From the IMG/VR virus record IMGVR_UViG_3300019784_003551, positions 1 to 27,278 of that record: a stretch of DNA of 27,278 bases; one strand, 5' to 3'. The notes beneath the pieces are model-generated. The model made no database searches, was not told the origin of the DNA, and saw only the letters and a list, made by a program, of their open reading frames with translations. The DNA comes from a virus (lineage: Duplodnaviria; Caudoviricetes). Position numbers and translations under genes: made by a program. Of this stretch, positions 23,643-27,278 are shown piece after piece (position 1 is the first letter of the stretch; the number at the start of each line of letters is the position of its first letter).

Positions 23643-26103
23643 CAATTCACCAGCCGACACGACGCCACTGAGCGTTCAAACAATCAGCGCAGAGGGAACG
23701 CCACCGAAACGCCGCGTCGCCACCATTACAGCCGCGTGGTCGGCCTACAAGAAAGCGAAGGACTCCAACTTGAAGCGCGATCAACGGTTCTCGGATATTG
23801 CGGGCATCTACGCCGGGTTTCCGCCCACTCCACCAGCTACACAAGAGCGCAATGGCATGGCGGATATGCCCAACATTAACACGAAACAATTTCAGGCGAA
23901 AGTGGACACGTATCGCAATACATGGATGGCGATGGCGGCGCAGGGCGATGGCTACGTGGAAGTGCTCGCGGAGCACGATGACCCGATGGAAGCGGAGCGC
24001 AGGGGCAAGGTGCTCACGGAAGAAATGAACTCGGCAATTCGTCGGTGGGATAACCCCGATTTCGAGCAGGGCAATCAATACATCCTCGAAACCGCCGCAC
24101 GCGATACGCAAATGGGGCTTTACGGCATTGGCATTGCTTTCTTTCCAGACTCCATTGATTTCAGGTTCAAGATGATTCCGACACGGCGCGTGCTGTTGCC
24201 GGATGGCACCCGGCTTTCGATGGACAACACATCGGCCATGTGGATTGAGGATCAAATGTCAGTGACCGATCTTTATGCCAAGCGAAAGCTGCCCGGCTGG
24301 AACGAAAACGCGATCCTGAGAAACCTCTACGCACACGTAGAACTTGTGTCACAAAACAGATACACAGGATACGCGGAATGGGTGAATCAGATTCGCAATA
24401 ATGACGCATGGCTACTGAGCGAGTTTCAGCCCGTGCGACTCATTCACATGTTCACCAAGGAGTTTGACGGCACGATCACGCACTCCATGTTCACGGATTT
24501 ATTCGGCAACCTTGGCGCGGATGAATTGGCGAAAAGGAAAGACGCGGATTCATTCATTTACGACAAGCTGAAAGTGGCAAAACGCTGGCAGCAAGTGCTG
24601 ATTCCGTTCGCCGATAACGCAGGGCCGGAGTGCGACTGGCACGGCGTAAAGGGCTTTGGCGATCTCATCTTTGACGGGTGTCATTTGAACAATTTGATGT
24701 TCAACCGAGGGGCGGCTGGCTCGGTTATTTCAAATATGCTCATGTTTAAGGGAATGAGCGAGTCGGACACGCAAAAGCTGGATCAGATCACGATGACGCA
24801 TCTAGGCATCATGGCTCCCGGACTGGAATTGGAGCAGGTTCGTTTTCAGGCGGATATTGAAGGTGCGCTTTCCATCGTCGGCATGGGCAGTCAGTTGCTC
24901 GCGGAAAACACTCGTATCTCTCCGCAGAACGATAAAACGACGACTGGCGAACAGCCAACAGCAACGCAGGTAACGGCGGATCGTGCGGACAGAGCGCAAT
25001 TCTCCACGCTACAAATCATGGTGTATCGCAGCGTCGGCTTGGACGTGCTTTTCAGTGAGATGTATCGGCGTCTCGCGCAACCCGCGAGCAAGTATCCGCC
25101 AGCGTGGGGCGGCGGCGAAGTGGCAAAACGATTCCGTGACCGATGCGCCAAGCGCGGTATCCCGGACGGCGAATTGATGGACGTGAAATGCGTGCGGGCA
25201 AATCGCAACATCGGCAGTGGCGATCTCGCGCTGGATTTGATGAAGGGCAAGGAACTCATGGGCATTGCTACGCCCGGTAAAGGGCAACTGAACGCCCGCA
25301 AAGAAATTGCCGCCGCACTCAAGGGCGTCGAAATGATCTCGGCGTTTGTGGAGGAAGCAGAACCGCAACCCGGACAGGACGAAGTTCAAATTGACAACGA
25401 AAACAACCTGATTCAACTCGGACAGCCGCCCATTGCGTTTGGATTCCAAGATCAGGAAAGGCACGTTGCGAAGCACATGGAGCTTCTTTCGCAGGCCGCG
25501 CAGATGATTCCGCAGTTGATGCAGCAAGGGATCGGGCCGCAAAACTTGGAGGGAGCCAAGAAGCTCAGCAACCTCATGGCGGCTGGCGTCGCGCACGTAG
25601 GGCAACACGTTCAACTCATGGCATCCATCCCGCGCACAGGAACCGCGCCAGCGATGTATGAGCAGGTAGTCGCGGAGATCACCAAACAGTTGCATAATTT
25701 GCAACAGTTGGGTCAATCGCTCGAAGAAGATGTTCAGAAAGCAGATGTTCAGGCGCAGCCGCAGATGACGCCTGAGATGATGAAAGCGCAGCAGGATATG
25801 CAGATCAAACAGGCGCAAGCCGAACAGGACATGGCGTTGAAAGAAAAAGCGCATCAGGCCAAGCTCGGCAATCTCGCTGTCACTACGCAGGCGAGAACGC
25901 AGATGAAGGAAATGGATCACGCGATGACCAAGCAGCAACAGGACGAGCAGAAACGCCAACAGCTATTCCATGAAGAGGCGCAGAGCGCGCAAGACCTGAC
26001 GCTCAATGAGGCGTTTGCCGCGCAAGAACTCCGCGCAGCCGAAGAGAAAGCCGCCGCAATGAAGAAAGCAGAAGCCAAAAAACCCAAACCCAAAAAGAAA
26101 TGA
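23632..26103 (+). CDS. Portal protein (podovirus-like, long Gln-rich C-terminal coiled coil)
   Basis: 823 aa, TATQV motif (TATE-like), Q/M/A-rich helical tail, position before small ORF and scaffold-like gene. Confidence 0.8.
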   Translation: MSDNNSPADTTPLSVQTISAEGTPPKRRVATITAAWSAYKKAKDSNLKRDQRFSDIAGIYAGFPPTPPATQERNGMADMPNINTKQFQAKVDTYRNTWMAMAAQGDGYVEVLAEHDDPMEAERRGKVLTEEMNSAIRRWDNPDFEQGNQYILETAARDTQMGLYGIGIAFFPDSIDFRFKMIPTRRVLLPDGTRLSMDNTSAMWIEDQMSVTDLYAKRKLPGWNENAILRNLYAHVELVSQNRYTGYAEWVNQIRNNDAWLLSEFQPVRLIHMFTKEFDGTITHSMFTDLFGNLGADELAKRKDADSFIYDKLKVAKRWQQVLIPFADNAGPECDWHGVKGFGDLIFDGCHLNNLMFNRGAAGSVISNMLMFKGMSESDTQKLDQITMTHLGIMAPGLELEQVRFQADIEGALSIVGMGSQLLAENTRISPQNDKTTTGEQPTATQVTADRADRAQFSTLQIMVYRSVGLDVLFSEMYRRLAQPASKYPPAWGGGEVAKRFRDRCAKRGIPDGELMDVKCVRANRNIGSGDLALDLMKGKELMGIATPGKGQLNARKEIAAALKGVEMISAFVEEAEPQPGQDEVQIDNENNLIQLGQPPIAFGFQDQERHVAKHMELLSQAAQMIPQLMQQGIGPQNLEGAKKLSNLMAAGVAHVGQHVQLMASIPRTGTAPAMYEQVVAEITKQLHNLQQLGQSLEEDVQKADVQAQPQMTPEMMKAQQDMQIKQAQAEQDMALKEKAHQAKLGNLAVTTQARTQMKEMDHAMTKQQQDEQKRQQLFHEEAQSAQDLTLNEAFAAQELRAAEEKAAAMKKAEAKKPKPKKK

Positions 26104-26381
26104 CCAAGAAAGAACTCCACTCACACATCGGGCCAAAAGTCATCACCATGATTTCCGATCCGACATTCGCGCATATCATCGAGTGTGCCCGCGAAGAAAT
26201 GCCGATGGGAATTATCAGCGGCGATCCAACATCCATCATCCGCAACGAAGGAAAGATGCAGGGCTGGATCGGTTGCCTGCACTTCCTGAAAACCATCGGG
26301 AAATTAAAGACGGAAGAACCGCAAGTGACAACGCACCAGCTTTACGCAGACCCAAACACAGAAAATCAACCCAAGAAATAA
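26100..26381 (+). CDS. Small protein downstream of portal
   Basis: 93 aa with NEGKMQGW; typical position between portal and scaffold. Confidence 0.7.
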   Translation: MTKKELHSHIGPKVITMISDPTFAHIIECAREEMPMGIISGDPTSIIRNEGKMQGWIGCLHFLKTIGKLKTEEPQVTTHQLYADPNTENQPKK

Positions 26382-26384
26382 ATT

Positions 26385-26627
26385 ATGATCATCCACACAA
26401 TATCAGACGCCAACTCTTGGATGGAGCATATCGAGCGAGTTCGATTATTGCCCGATCCTACGCTTCAAAAACTAGCTACCGGCCACCTTCCTTTTGAATC
26501 CAATCAATCAGCCAGTCATCAAGTATCAGGGAAAAGCTCTGAGTTATCTAATTTGATGGGAAGATGGGCGGCAACATTTTTGAAACAAAAAGAAAACCCA
26601 ACCACAAAACCAATACAACTGATATGA
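26385..26627 (+). CDS. Hypothetical protein
   Basis: 80 aa, ATGA-coupled to next gene. Confidence 0.5.
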   Translation: MIIHTISDANSWMEHIERVRLLPDPTLQKLATGHLPFESNQSASHQVSGKSSELSNLMGRWAATFLKQKENPTTKPIQLI

Positions 26628-27278
26628 ACGCTACCATCGAAGCACCAACCGAAACGAAACCCGCAACAGAAACATCAGCCGCCACTCCACCGCCAGCGGA
26701 AACGCCATCGGTAATGACGCCGGAACAGGTGGATGCAGTTGTCGGGAATCTGCTTAAACCCAAAGTCACAAAGCTGCCTGAAATCCAGCAGCAACAGCCC
26801 GCGAAGCCCAAGGAGAAACCGCCCGAAAAGGCTCCCGATAAACCCGCTGACGACAAGGAAATCAACTTCGCCAATCTTCGCAAGAAAGCGGAGGAATCGG
26901 AGAAACGTGCGGCTGAACGCGAGGCTGAATTGACGAAGATTCGTGAGGAATACGACACGTTCAAAAAGAACCCGATTCCAAAGGAGTTTGAGGAAAAGCT
27001 GACGGCGGCAGAGAAGCGCGCACTGGAGGCCGATGAACGTGCATCCCGCGCTGACTTGAGCGAAAGCCCTGCTTTCCAAGCGCAGTTTCAGCCGGGCATC
27101 CAAGAGGCCGCTGGCATCATGGTTGAAGAATTGAAGGAGCTTGGCGTTGAACCAGCCGACATCAATTCGGCAATCGCTTCTTGGAATAAAGAGCAGTTCG
27201 CAGAGTGGGCGGATTCAATGCCCGCGCTGTCCCGTGACCGCTTTTTACGCGCTCACACGGAGGCTGTGAATCTCGTCT
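26624..27278 (+). CDS. Putative capsid scaffolding protein (runs off window)
   Basis: Manual translation MNATIEAPTETKPATETSAATPPP...KEINFANLRKKAEESEKRAAEREAELTKIREE: disordered P/E/K N-terminus then coiled coil. Confidence 0.7.
   Translation, partial: MNATIEAPTETKPATETSAATPPPAETPSVMTPEQVDAVVGNLLKPKVTKLPEIQQQQPAKPKEKPPEKAPDKPADDKEINFANLRKKAEESEKRAAEREAELTKIREEYDTFKKNPIPKEFEEKLTAAEKRALEADERASRADLSESPAFQAQFQPGIQEAAGIMVEELKELGVEPADINSAIASWNKEQFAEWADSMPALSRDRFLRAHTEAVNLV

Noticed and set aside
1-27278. CRISPR array, integrase, transposase, reverse transcriptase
   Set aside because: No regularly spaced repeats or diagnostic catalytic motifs were seen.

Overview
A segment of a tailed dsDNA phage genome (podovirus-like portal/scaffold). 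No integrase or host housekeeping genes are visible. The left arm (~1-11700, all minus strand) holds many small early genes, an XRE regulator, an HNH nuclease, an SSB-like protein, a DnaQ/PolB-type exonuclease, a wHTH protein, a Mom-like DNA adenine-hypermodification gene, a RusA-like resolvase and the start of a PAPS-reductase-like gene. A ~1.1 kb gene-poor strand-switch region and an initiator tRNA follow. The right arm carries a GT71-like glycosyltransferase, an HNH-AP2 endonuclease, an inverted large terminase, a glycan-modification cluster (TPP E1alpha/E1beta-like pair, Zn-dependent dehydrogenase, GT2, GT32, putative GT-B), then portal and scaffold. The most striking signal is a complete 76-nt non-canonical tRNA-Gly (GlyRS identity elements intact, elbow and T-stem altered, CCA encoded) lying in frame inside the 5' end of the mom-like gene, next to an attC-like site. 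It may be a dedicated glycyl donor for DNA modification. Other notable signals are RusA-like motifs split over two overlapping frames, a tRNA-shaped ~170-nt ncRNA candidate and a strand-polarised TCCCCGCC octamer. All protein calls come from motif recognition by eye; no searches were run.
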